Origin: Mobula hypostoma
Taxonomy: Eukaryota
Assembly (NCBI RefSeq): GCF_963921235.1
Contig: NC_086097.1
Coordinates: 15,686,001 to 15,750,000 of the forward strand
DNA length: 64,000 nt
Direction: 5' to 3'
A model generated the notes under the pieces. That model was not told the origin of the DNA, did no database searches, and worked only from the letters and a program-made list of their open reading frames with translations. Numbering within the stretch: position 1 is the stretch's first letter; each line of letters starts with the position of its first letter. A program made the translations under genes and the position numbers. This document shows, one piece after another, positions 39,916-52,255 of this stretch.

Positions 39916-42219
39916 CACACTCTCACCACCCTTTGAGTGAAGACCGCCCCGGCCCCCAGGTAAACATTTCACCTTTCAACCTCATAGGTAAGAGATTAAC
40001 CTATGACCTCCAGGTCTTTGTAATTTCACCCAACCTTAGTGGAAAGTGCCTGGTTAACACTTACCCAATCTATATCCCTCATAATTTTGTATACCTCTAT
40101 CAAATTTCCCCCCATTCTCCAATTCTCCAGGGAATAAAGTGCTCACCTGTTCGACTTTTCCTTATAACTCAAAACCTCAAGTCCTGGCAACATCCTTGTA
40201 AATTTTTCTCCATACACTTTCAGTCTTATTGATTTCTTTCCTGTAAGTAGGTGACCAGAACTGTACACGATACTCCGAATTAGGCCTCTCCAATGTCTGA
40301 CAAAACTTCAACATAACATTCTAACTCCTGTACTCAATATTTTGATTTATGAAGGCCTATGTGCTGGAATCTCTCTTTATGACCCTATCCACCTATGACG
40401 TCACTTTCAAGAAATTATGGATCTGTATTCTCATGGGTCTGGGATATATCTGGGATGCCATCCGATCTGCCTGTCTTGCTTTTGCATTTCTCTGTCAGAG
40501 TGTTGAGTTTCCTGCAGCTTATCTCAGTCCTTCTAGTGATACCAGGCCAATCAATATACACATTGATGCCGGTGTTCCAATTCTTTACGTTATCCCCAAG
40601 GAGCTGCTTGAAACACATTCCCTGCCCTCCTCCTGACTGCATGGCATTGCCGTACTCAGAGTCTGCAGCCACACAACGTTGCTGGCCCAGCTGGGCTGAA
40701 TTTTGAGGACTACGACCCCAGTATCCGAGAGAATGCTAATGTTGCTTTCTGTGTCTTTAACGTTTCATCTGAAATCTGCCATTGCCATTTGTCAGGCTTT
40801 CCACCAAGCTTCAAGGCTTTCCTTTTCAAAAGGATCCTTTATCAACATCAGACCCCAGTCAGTAGGGATCAGCAGCAACTCCTCAATGATCATCAAGCTC
40901 ACTACACCACAAGGATGTGAGCTTAGCCCCCTGCTCGGGTCTCTTTACACCCTCAGCTGTGTGGCTAAGCACAGCTTCAACACCCCCTGTATGCTACCAT
41001 CAGACAGGAGGTACAAATGCCTGGAATCCCTGGCACCAGGCTCAGGAACAGCTATTTTCCTACAACCTTCAGCACAACCCCAATCCTATCACAGTAATGG
41101 TGCACTATGGACCATTTCTTGATCTACCATGATTATATCTTTTTTAGCATTATATAATAACCATATAACAATTACAGCATGGAAATAGGCCATCTCGGCC
41201 CTTCTAGTCCGTGCTGAACTCTTACCCTATCCTAGTCTCACCAACCTGCACTCAGCCCATAACCCTCCATTCCTTTCCTGTCCATATATCTATCCAATTT
41301 AACTTTAAACGACAACATCGAACCTGCCTCAACCACTTCTGCTGGAAGCTCGTTCCACACAGCTACCACTCTCTGAGTAAAGAAGTTCCCCCTCATGTTA
41401 CCCCGAAACTTTTGTCCTCTAATTCTCAACTCATGCCCTCTTGTTTGAATCTTACCCACTCTCAACAGAAAAAGTCTAACCATTGTTAGACTTGTTTTGA
41501 TTTTGCATTTTCTTTTCACTCTCTTTATACCCTGTATAATATCTCCCTTTCCACAATCAGAAGAGTTTGCATGGGATGCTGAGACAAGAAGGCAACATTC
41601 ATCATCAAGTACCCTCATGATCTATGGTGGTTAGCATGATACTATTACAGCTCAGGCCATTCTGGATATCCGAGTTCAATTCTGGAACCATCTGTAAGGG
41701 GTTTGTGTGTGTGTGAGTGAGTTTCCTCCAGGTGCTCTTGTTTCCTCCCACAGTCCAAAGACGTATCAGTTAATAGGTAAGTTGGTCATTGTAGGTAGTG
41801 CTGTGATCAGGCTAGTGTTAAAACGGAGGGTTGCAGGACCATATGGCTCATTCCATGCTGTATATCTCAATAAATACATTTATTCCATCTTCTCATAACT
41901 ATGATCAGCAGGAGGCACAGAAGCTTTGATTCCCTCCCCACCAGGTTCAAGGACAACAAACTGGTTTCTGAACCAATTTGCTCAGCTCTCATTGCTACCT
42001 CAGCCGAACAACTCTATGGGCACTTTATACTGCAATGGACTTTGTTTTGTTCTGATAGTGTTCTTTCTTATATAATTTAGTACAATTTATGTTTCAGTTG
42101 TATTTTTTTCTTGCAAATGCACCTCTAACGCCATGTGCCTGTGACACTGCTGCCCCTATACATACATGTTCTTCTGCGTATGACATTAACGTTGAGCTTG
42201 ACTTCCTTCTCCTGTACAG

Positions 42220-42342
42220 ATATTGATGAATGCACGGCAGGAACTCACCAATGTAATCCCTCGCAGATCTGCATTAACACAGAGGGAGGCTACAGCTGTT
42301 CCTGCACAGAAGGTTACTGGTTAGCTGACGGGCAGTGTATGG
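42220..42342 (+). CDS. FBLN5: Fibulin-5 internal exon (cbEGF domain; equivalent to human exon 5)
   Basis: Acceptor ttctcctgtacag|A, donor G|gtaagt, 123 bp, phase 1-1. Encodes [41 protein letters not shown], which closely matches fibulin-5 as recalled ([25 protein letters not shown]). Confidence 0.95.
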
Positions 42343-44638
42343 GTAAGTCTGAGTTCATCCTGAGGTAAGTGAAGGAATGAAAGCCGGGGTCCTTGCTCAG
42401 TAACAGAGTCGAGGGCTGATGGCCCATTGCTAGAATTTGCAGTTGGGATGAGAGTTGAGTGGAATTGTTCACAGTCAGCAGGAATCAGAACATATGGGAT
42501 TGCAATTAGATGTCCATGTAGGGGTCAATCAGACAATACAGATCCAATTGATGGCCCTACCCATGAAACAATAAGATATAGAAGCAGAATTAGGCCACTT
42601 GGCCCATTCGAGACTGCACTGCCATTTCATCATGGCGGATCCATTTTTCCTCTCAGAATCAATCTCCTGCCTTCTCCCTGTATCCCTTCATGCCCTGACT
42701 AATCAAGAATCTATCAACCTCTGCCTTAAAATTACATAAAAACTTGGCCTTCACAGCCTGTGGCAATGAATTCCAAAGATTCTGGATGGAAAGTTCTCCT
42801 GATCTCAGCCAGAACCCAATTTCAGACTTGGAAGGACTCCTTCAAGTTGTCATGTCATACAGTAGCTGCCAAACAGATCTGCAGATCCTACCTAGACCCA
42901 TTTCCACTCTTAGCTTCTGACCCCTTGCCAATCCAAGCTGACACTGTTTCTTGCTCTTGACTATCATCCTATTGTCTGGGTTGGACCATTCCCCTCCGCT
43001 TTAGGTTCCAGCTATATACTCTCTTTAAGAGACTTTTGGATAGGTACATGGAGCTTAGAAAAATAGAGGGCTCTAGGTAACCCTAGTAATTTCTAAGGTA
43101 GGGACATGTTCTGCACAACTTTGTGGGCTGAAGTGCCTGTATTGTGCTGCAGGTTTTCTATGTTTCTATGTTTAACCTCTGCACTATTGAAACCAGACTC
43201 CCAGACATTGACCAGCCTATCCTGGCCCTTCTCAAAACCAGATCAAGGTCAGACCACACCACATCACATCCCAATCAATCCCACTGAATGCTCAGACTGA
43301 TCAAAGCCTAGCACTTCAATAAGCTCCCCAAAATCCCAGATATGATTCCTTTGATCAGTGTCTGTTTTGAGATTGAGAAAAGAACCAATGGGTTGCTTTG
43401 CCCTCCAATACCAAAATACTACGGTGCCCCGATTTCAGTCCGTGCCTCCCAGATCATCGCACCTCCCATAAGACCATCAGGCATAGAAGCAGAATTAGAC
43501 TATTTGGCCCATCGAGTCTGCTCTGCCATTCCATCATGCCTGATTTATTTATTTATTTATTTAGAGAACAGGCCCTTCCGGCCCAGTTAGCCGCACCACC
43601 CGGTAACCCACCTATTTAACCCTAGCCTAATCACAGAACAATTTACAGTGACCAATTAACCTACTAACTAGTACACCTTTTGATTGACCCCTACATGGTC
43701 AGGGGGAGAAAGTACAAACTCCTTATACATGTTTCAGAATTGAACTTCAAGTTCCAATGCCCTGGACTGTAATAGCATCGCGCTAACTCCTACACTACCG
43801 CAGCACCTCTCAACTCCCTTCTCCTGCCTCCTCCCTTTCCCTTTGATGTCCGTGCAATTTAAGCACCTATTCCCCTCTGCTTTAAATATACACAATAACT
43901 TGGCCTCCACAGCGGCCTGTGGCAACAAATTCCACAGATTCACCACCCTCTGGCTAAAGAAGTTCCTTCACGTCTCTGTTCTAATGGGACATCCTTCTAC
44001 CTTGAGGCTGTGCTCTGTGGTCCCAGACTCACCTACCATTGGAACCATTATCTGCACACCCACTCTATCTTGGCCTTTTAATGTTTGCTAAATTTCAACG
44101 AAAACTTCCCTCGTTCTTCTTAACTCCAGCGAGTACTGGTCCAGAGCCAACAAACCCTTTTCACACATTAACCCTTTCATTCCTGCAATTATTCTCATGA
44201 GCCTCCTCTGTATCCTCTCCAATGCCAGCACATCCTTAGCTATGGAGTCCAGAATTGTTAACAATGCTCCAGATATGGTCTTACCAATATGTTATAACAC
44301 CTCAACGTTACATCCTGGCTTTTATATTCTGCTGCTCTCGAAATGAATGCTAACATTGTGTCTGCCTTCCTTGTTACTGACTCATGCTGCAGTTAGGAAT
44401 GAAAGGGTTAACTATGACTACAATGATCTGCTAAGCAGGCTCCAGGGTTGATTGGTCTCACCTGGATCCACTTCTTATGATTTATGCTCATTTTCTGACA
44501 TAGAGATGGGCAAATTATTTTTAACATAAGTAGCGGGATTCACTCAAAAGAGTCTTGAATTTCTAATGTATAATATTTCTATCTTCTTGTGGAAGTACAT
44601 CGCTTCTTCACTGACACTGAACTCTGTTCCCCTCTCAG

Positions 44639-44755
44639 ACATCGACGAGTGTCGGCATGGATACTGCCAGCAACTGTGCGCTAACATTGCTGGCTCCTAC
44701 TCCTGCCAGTGTAATTCTGGCTTCCTCCTCAATCCTGATGGGAGATCATGCCAAG
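44639..44755 (+). CDS. FBLN5: Fibulin-5 internal exon (cbEGF; equivalent to exon 6)
   Basis: Acceptor cccctctcag|A, donor G|gtagt, 117 bp, phase 1-1. Encodes [39 protein letters not shown]. Confidence 0.95.
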
Positions 44756-44959
44756 GTAGTGAGATTTCAGTATCAGTTCGCCCAACTCTGTTTGTGTGGA
44801 GATTTTCATTGATTCTATTGTATTTCGTTATTTTACTGTGAATGCCAGCGAGAAAATGAATCCCAAGGTAGTACTGTATATGGTGACATATGTAAATACT
44901 TTGATAATAAATTTACTTTGAACTTTGAAGTGTTACAATACATTGAAGGCCTCCTGGAG

Positions 44960-45632
44960 TAGCTTTAGAAATCAGCTGAGTTCTTGGATGTTGGATGTTG
45001 AGTTCACTAGTGACTTAGCCCTCTGTTGGGTGGGGTCAACCATGGATGTTGGGTCCCAGCTGTCACACGGAAGCCAGTAAGCAGAGTTGAGCGGTATGAT
45101 GTGAGACCAAGCTATTGCCCATGTAACCGACTCCATCCTCCCCCTGCTCCACTCAACTGAAGAATCCGAGGAACAAGAGAAACCGATACAGTTTGACACC
45201 AGTGGTGTCGCAGGAGTTGCCAGTCAGCGTTGAACTCAACGTAGGACTGCCTTTGGGATTCTAGTTCCAGACTTTTCCCTCAGCGTTTATTCCTGAAGCC
45301 TTCCCCATGATTGGGTGTAGCAGCAAGCCAGTGGAGGCTTAAGATCACAGATTTCCTTCTCCTCGGTGATCTGCCAACCACGGCTGACGAGCCGCATCTG
45401 CACGAAGTGACTGGTTTTAAGTCTCCAGTATCCCACCTTCGCCCCTTCTCCTGTCAGTAGAAATGGTTCTGCCAGGCTTAGCAGCATAGCCACACATGAA
45501 GTCCAGGAGCTGGACTTGGTTGTCAGAGGCTATTTGAGACACACACCACTGGGAGCATTTAAGAGGTAGTGGGAGATTATCCCCATTATCATCCCCACCT
45601 CCCACCCCGGCCTATGGCAACCTTAAGGAACT
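44960..45632 (-). repeat. Interspersed non-coding repeat (possibly RTE-derived); partial second copy at ~7280-7490
   Basis: Shared segments such as catggatgttg.gtc.cagct and caggagttgc.a.tcagc.ttgaactcaac occur at both loci. Confidence 0.55.
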
Positions 45633-46271
45633 GTGCTGGTGACCCACAGCCAAGGGGTGTAAAGAGACCCGAGCAGGGGGCTAAGCTCGCATCCTTGTGG
45701 TGCAGTGAGCTTGATGATCATTGAGGAGTTGTTGCTGATCCCTACTGACTGGGGTCTAATGTTGATAAAGGATCCTTTTGAAAAGGAAGGCCTTGAAGGC
45801 TTTGAAGGCCTAAATTATTATTTAGTGTTGCGTTTGTTATGTTATGATTGCACTGCTCCTGAGAAACACTGTCTCATTCTGCCCTGCAGAGCTGATGTAC
45901 AGTTAGAATGACAATAAAGTTTTTTGAATCTTTTGAATCTTTGAAGCTTGGAATCTGCCTAGATGGAATATGTGGTGTTGCTCCTCCAATGTGAGAGTAA
46001 CAGTAGAGGAGGCCATGGACTGACATACCAGAATAGGATTGGGGATTGGAATTAAAATAGCTGGCAGAGCATTCCATAGATTCACTACAGTCTGGCTAAA
46101 AATATTCCTCCTTAACTCTGTTTTAAAGGGTTGCCCCTCAATTTTGAGGAGGTGCCTTCTAGTTCTGGACACCTCCACCATAGGAAACATCCTCTCCACA
46201 TCCACCTTACCAAAATTAAATGCTGTGATTTTTTTTATGTCAGTGGTACAGTGCAATACGTAGGATTACTA

Positions 46272-46338
46272 CAGTACTATGCAAAAGTCTTAAGCTCCCC
46301 TTGCAAAAATATGTCCCTAACATTTTTGTGCAGGACTG
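46272..46338. mobile_element. 67-bp Tc1 miniature (essentially TIRs only)
   Basis: TA|cagtactatgcaaaagtctta...ctaacatttttgtgcaggactg|TA. Same TIR family as 62510-62908. Confidence 0.65.
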
Positions 46339-46535
46339 TATCTTTGACTCTTCGTTATCATCTAAACTTCTGGACAATTTTCTGCAGAGGATAAGGTACA
46401 TTTTATAAATGATGATACAACAGATGACCAAATGAAACTCAGGATCGTGTATAGGGACGTATATGTACTTTGATAATAAATTTACTTTGAACTTTGACAC
46501 TGATGTTCTTTTGATGCCTTGCCATCCTGCTATAG

Positions 46536-46655
46536 ATGTGGATGAGTGCGCTGGAGAAAATCCCTGTGGACAACAATGCATCAACACCTACGGTTCCTTC
46601 CTCTGTCGCTGTGATACTGGATATGAATTAAATTCAGAGGGAATGGGCTGTGATG
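46536..46655 (+). CDS. FBLN5: Fibulin-5 internal exon (cbEGF; equivalent to exon 7)
   Basis: Acceptor ctatag|A, donor G|gtaag, 120 bp, phase 1-1. Encodes [40 protein letters not shown]. Confidence 0.95.
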
Positions 46656-49134
46656 GTAAGCAATGGAATAAGAGGGTTCAATTTTTTATCTTTGAGAGCT
46701 GGCTTTGCCTCCCATTCCTGTCAAGGGTCTCACCTGAACTTAATGTACGAACCACGCTATCATTTTGCTACCACTAATACTTCATGGTTGGTCAGGCGGA
46801 GTTAGGGTTGCCGCTGACAACGATCCCAAGACCATTTCTCATGCATGTCTGTGATGCTCCAGCACTTGGCAACCAAAAACACCCATTTGATTTACAGCCA
46901 GTGAGTTTGCACAATCTTTTATCTGTCGGTCTACTTGCTAAATTGTTTAATTTATTTATTTAAAGATGCAGCACAGTAACAGGCCCTTCCGGCCCAATGA
47001 GCCTGCACTGCCCATTTACACCCTTGTGACCAATTATCCGGGTAACCGTACTAAACCTTTGTAATGTGGGAGGAAACTACAACACCTGGAGGAAACCCGT
47101 ACAATCACAGGAAGAACATACAAGCTCCTTGCTGACAGTGATGGGAACTGAACTCAGGCTGTGGGTACAATAATGTGCAGATTTACTCATGAATTAGGGC
47201 CAGATATCAGAAAGGAAAGATCATTGTATATAATCTTCATTATCTCAGTCTAAGTAGTCTAAAATTTGGAGTGTACCCTGTGAGACAAGGAAAATATCAA
47301 GAAAGACAAAGGAAACACAACCTTGTGATAACGTTCATTATTGTCACTTATTGACTGATTTCTATGAAGTTTGTTTACAACTGTGGAAAATTTTATAAGA
47401 TCTTGGAGTTTGAATCTTGAATCTTGAAACTGTTTAACATGGCTTTGATTCTTTGTCTCATCTTTCTGCTGTTAAAGTATGTTTGATTTTGTAACACAAT
47501 AGCTCTCTCAGCTTTTTGGGTCTTTGCTAACCACACCGAAGCCCGTACATTGGTATATAGGCGCATGAGTTCAGTGAAAGTTTTGACTGTTAACCTTGCC
47601 TTAGCACCTACTCACTTCTTCCCTTAGCTCAATTCACATGCACTGCGCCATGGTAGCGTAGCGATCTGTGCGATGCTATTACAGCTCCGGGTGACACAGT
47701 TGGCAGTTCAATTATGACGCTATCTGTGAGAAGTTTGTACGTTCTCCCTGTGACTGTGTGGGTTTCCTCCGGGTGCTCTGGTTTCCTCCCACAGTCCAAA
47801 GATGTACTGGTTAGTAGGTTAATAAATTGTCTGCTGATTAGTCCAGGATTGAATGTGCTGAGCAGTGTAACTCAGGCCGGGGGGTCTGTTCACGCTGTAT
47901 CGTTAAATAAATAAAAATAAATAAATTGGGGTCAACGAAGCAGGGATTCATTTTCTGCCAGTTGCTTCTGTGGCAATCAAAGGGGATGGAAAAGAAAACT
48001 GTTAAAGTGTTTAATGAATGATGTGCGATTAGTCCAGTTTGTGGATCTACTTAGAGGAGGCTACAAACAGTAGGAGATGTGACATGTTGTGCCAGTTCCC
48101 TTTCACTGTGGTAAAAGTCAGAACCTAGCCCACTTTCTGAGTTCTGAAGTACAGTGAAAGCTTGGGGTACAAGTCCAATTATCCTTGAGTGTGGTAGTGC
48201 CAGTTAATAACATAGGTACAAAGGTGATGGGATACCGATTGTCATTAGTCAGGACATTGAAAAGAAGAGGAGGGAGGGATGTTGAATGAGATGGAGCAGC
48301 TCAGTTATGAAAAGAGACCAGAGGGACGAGGTCTGTTCTCCCTAGAAATCAGGAGAATTAAGAGGAGATGTGACTGGGGCGGCTCAGTAGCACAGCCGTC
48401 AGCACAACCACTTTACAGTGCATGTGATCACCGATCGGGGGTTCGATTCCCACTGCTGTGTGTAAGGAGTTTGTACATTCTCCAAGTGACCACGTGGGTT
48501 TCCTCCCGGTGCTCCAGTTTCCTCCTACATTCCAAAGATGCACGGTGAGAATTAGTGAGCTGTGGGCGTGCAATGTTCGTGCCTGAAGCACAGCACAGCA
48601 CAGCACAATCCTCACTGATCTGAGGAATTTCACTGAGTGTTTCAATGTTTTGATGTACAGGCGATAACTCAAGCTAAATCTAATCTCCTATCATATATAA
48701 ATTTATGAGGTGTAAAGATAATGCATAGGTGGCACTAGCAATGACATTACTGAACAAAACAGTCCATAAACAAATAGCTTAAATAGAATAGATAGGAAAG
48801 GCCGTTCTGGCCCAATGAGTTGTTCTGTTCGGCAACCCACTGATTTAACACTAGCCAGGACATTTTACATTGGCCAATTAACCTACTAACCGGTACATCT
48901 TTGGACTGTGGGAGGAAACCAGAGTGCTCGAAGCAAAGACCCACGCAGTCACGGGGAGAACGTACGAGCTCCTTACTGACGGTGCCGGATTGAGCTCCGA
49001 ATTCTGGAGCGCCACGAGCCACAATAGCAGCGTGCTAATTGCTACGTTACCTTGGAGCCCCGTGTAGTTCAGTCGGCTGCAATGACTTCACTGGGGAAAA
49101 AATCAGCCCATCAAAAATAAAACATATTTTTATT

Positions 49135-52100
49135 CATCAATCATGGGATTGAATTTAGGAGCCGAGAGGTAATGTTGCAGCTATATAGGACCCTGGTCAG
49201 ACCCCACTTGGAGTACTGTGCTCAGTTCTGGTCGCCTCACTACAGGAAGGACATGGAAATCATAGAAAGGGTGCAGAGGAGATTTACAAGGATGTTGCCT
49301 GCATTGGGCAGCATGCCTTATGAGAATAGGTTGAGTGAACTCGGCCTTTTCTCCTTGGAGAGACAAAGGATGAGAGGTGACCGGATAGAGGTGTACAAGA
49401 TAATAAGAGGCATTGATCGTGTGGTGGACTTGACCAGGGGGTGGGCCTTGTCTGCGTAGTTAGAGACCCATTGGGCGTAATATGAAAAGAAGCCCAGGCA
49501 CCTTTTGAGGGCTCTGAGGGTGTTGGGAAGAGGGAGTTCCAACAGGGGGCACATACGGTCAGGGTCAGGGCTAATGACTCCATTCTCCACGACACACCCA
49601 AGGATAGCAAGTCGGGTGGTCCCAAATACACGCTTGTCCTTGTTATAGGTGAGATTGAAAGCTTTTGGAGGTTGTTGTCGTGATCCTGCCGGTCGTGACC
49701 ACTGATGGTGATGTTATTCAGATATGGGAACTTGGCCTTCAGTTGGTACTGGTCCATTATCCGGTCCATTGCCCTCTGGAAGACAGATACACCATTCGTG
49801 TCACCGAAGGGGACGCGCAGGAAGTGATAAAGCCTGCCGTCTGCCTCAAAGGTGGTGTAAGGGCGGTCCTCCAAGCGGATGGGGAGCTGATGGTAAGTGG
49901 ATTTTAGGTCTATGGTCAAGTACACCTTGTACTGTGCTATCTGATTGACCATATCCGCGATGCGGGGTAGAGGGTATGTGTCGAGCTGCGTGAACCTATT
50001 GATGGTCTGGCTATAGTTCATGACCATCCTATTTTTCTCCCCGGTCCGAACAATGACCACCTGTGCCCTCCAAGGACTTGTGCTTGCCTCAATGACCCCC
50101 TCCCTGAGCAGCCGCTGCACCTCCGACTTAATGAAGGCTCTGTCCCCAGCGCTGTACCTCCTGCTTTTAGTTGCCACAGGTTTACAGTCAGGGGTCAGGT
50201 TGGTGAACAGTGTTGGGGGAGGGATCCTGAGGGTGGAGAGGTCACAAGTGGCGTCGGTAGTGCAGCAGTTGACATGGTGTTGGGTGAGATGTGCGGGTCG
50301 GTGTGTGTGTGTGGTCAGTAGCGAGGTATGTGACGTATCCCTACAAAACTGGGGATTTACGACAGTAATTGGTGGGAGGAGCGCATCATACTTCATTGTC
50401 ACGCTTTTCAGGTGGCTCTGAAAGTTGAGCCCCAATAGCACGGGGGCACACAGTTGAGGCATGACCAGTAATGTAAAGTCATGATATTCTGTGCCCTGCA
50501 CCACTAGCATCGCTACACAACCCCCCCCCCCCCGGATGTCAGTTGTATGCGACCCAGAAGTTATGGTGACCCTTTGACTTACCGGCCATATCACGAGTCT
50601 GCAATGCTGCACCGTGTCCGGGTGGATAAAACTCTCTGTGCTGCCTGTGTCAAACGAGGCAGCTCGTCCTGCACCCCTCCACCAGGATGTCCATCATGAC
50701 CTTGCGAGCTGGTGGGGAGCGCTTTGGTCGAGGGTCACGGAGGCCAGGGTTGAGTCGCTGTCGTGGTCTGGCACGGTGGGGTGCCCCATGAGCACCCGTT
50801 GGTGGGAGGGGGTGCCGACCAAGATGGCCGTCCCCATGTCTCGCACGTGGTGGCGGCGTGCAGGGAAAATGGTGGCAGGCAAGATGTCGACCCCCATGTC
50901 TCGCACGTGGTGCTGCTCGATCCCGCTCGCAATTTGGACTTACAGGCCTTGGCGAAATGGCCCTTCTTTCCGCAGCTGGAGCAGGTAGCTTGTCGAGCCA
51001 GGCAGCGTTTCCGGGGGTGCTTCTTGAGTCTGCAGAAGTAGCACTTCGTGGACTCGTGACTGGCGGCAGCTGAGGCTGATTCGCCGGCAGGTTGCGGGGT
51101 CTGCGGCACCCATGAGGCCGTGGGGGGATCACATGCCTGGAGAGCCTCGGAGTTATACAGAGTGGCCTCCAGCGTGTCGGCCAGCTCGATTGCCGAACTT
51201 AAGGTAAAATCGGCTTTTTCCAACAGCTGCTGGTGCACATACACTGACCTGGTCCCCGTGATGAAGGCATCTCTCACTAGGAGCTCTGCATGCTGCGCCG
51301 CCATCAGCTCCTGGCAGTTGCAGGCTCGCACGAGTGTCCGTAGGGCCTGGACGAACTCAGCACTTGATTCCCCGGACCGTTGTTGCCGTGTCGCTAAGCA
51401 ATGCCGAGCATAGACGCTGTTTATCTGCCGCAGGTATTGTCCCTTGAGTGCGCTCACCGCACCGTCGTAGGTCTGCTGGTCTCTGATCATCGAGTAGACC
51501 CGTGGACTGACCCTGGAGAGTAGAACTCTGTGCTTCGCTACAGGGTGGGTTGCTTTAATCTCCTCTAGGTACGCTTCGAAGCAGGCCAGCCAGAGTTTGA
51601 AAGCATTTCCAGCTTCAGGTATTTGCAGATCGGGTCTAACTTGTCGGGTCTCAAAGCATGTTCCATACTTTAAAATGTACAGCGAATAAAATTGAAGTAC
51701 CTTCAATAACTCCAAAAGACTGAGGTTGGGTAAAATACTGAAAGGCTCTTATTCACTGTACAATACGACCTCCACTGTGAGTGTCTGTCCCCGGACTGAG
51801 GGGGAAGGGCAAGGCGAAACAACTTTATTCAGGAACCTGTGGGAGGAGCCACGGGGCAATCAGCAGAGGGGCGTGTCCAGACAGTTAACCCAGTTACAAC
51901 ATATATATGGTTTACCACAGATCGTGTGGATAGTCAGAGGCTTTTTCCCCGGGGCTGAAATGCCTAGCACAAGAGGGCACAGTTTTAAGGTGCTTGGAAG
52001 TAGGTACAGAGGAGATATCAGGGGTAAGTTTTTTACGCTGAGAGTGGTAGTTGCGTGGAATGGGCTGCCGGTGGCAGTAGTGGAGGTGGAATCGATAAGG

Positions 52101-52255
52101 TCTTTTAAGAGACTCCTGGATAGGTACATGGCGCTTAGAAAAATAGAGGGCTATGGGTAACCCTAAGTAATTTCTAAGGTAAGGACATGTTCGGCACAGC
52201 TTTGTGGGCCGAAGGGCCTGTATTGTGCTGTAGGTTTTCTATGTTTCTATGTAAC
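49135..52255 (+). mobile_element. CR1 LINE 3' portion (49135-49424 and 51920-52255), split by a Gypsy insertion
   Basis: LYRTLVRPHLEYC...IIRGIDRV continues as DSQRLF...RGHSFKV after 51920. Tail tttctatgtttctatg. Confidence 0.88.
49425..51919 (-). mobile_element. Gypsy/Ty3 LTR retrotransposon, 3'-truncated (5' LTR, gag, protease, RT; no RNase H, integrase or 3' LTR)
   Basis: LTR begins TGTGGTAAACC at 51919 and ends ...GGTACTTCA at ~51693 (inferred). Gag ATG at ~51666 with two CCHC knuckles (CYFCRLKKHPRKRC, CSSCGKKGHFAKAC). Protease DTGST at ~50635-50650. RT SPWRAQVVIV, IDLKSTYHQ, RVPFG, YLNN. Several frameshifts. Confidence 0.92.

Noticed and set aside
42135..42368. ORF-track starts and ends around the EGF segments as stand-alone small proteins
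   Set aside because: The flanks are intronic read-through. Splice signals delimit the real exons.
45330..45632. Possible HDV-like ribozyme in an RTE-like leader (minus strand)
   Set aside because: Could not assign a convincing nested double pseudoknot by eye. Needs a covariance-model search.
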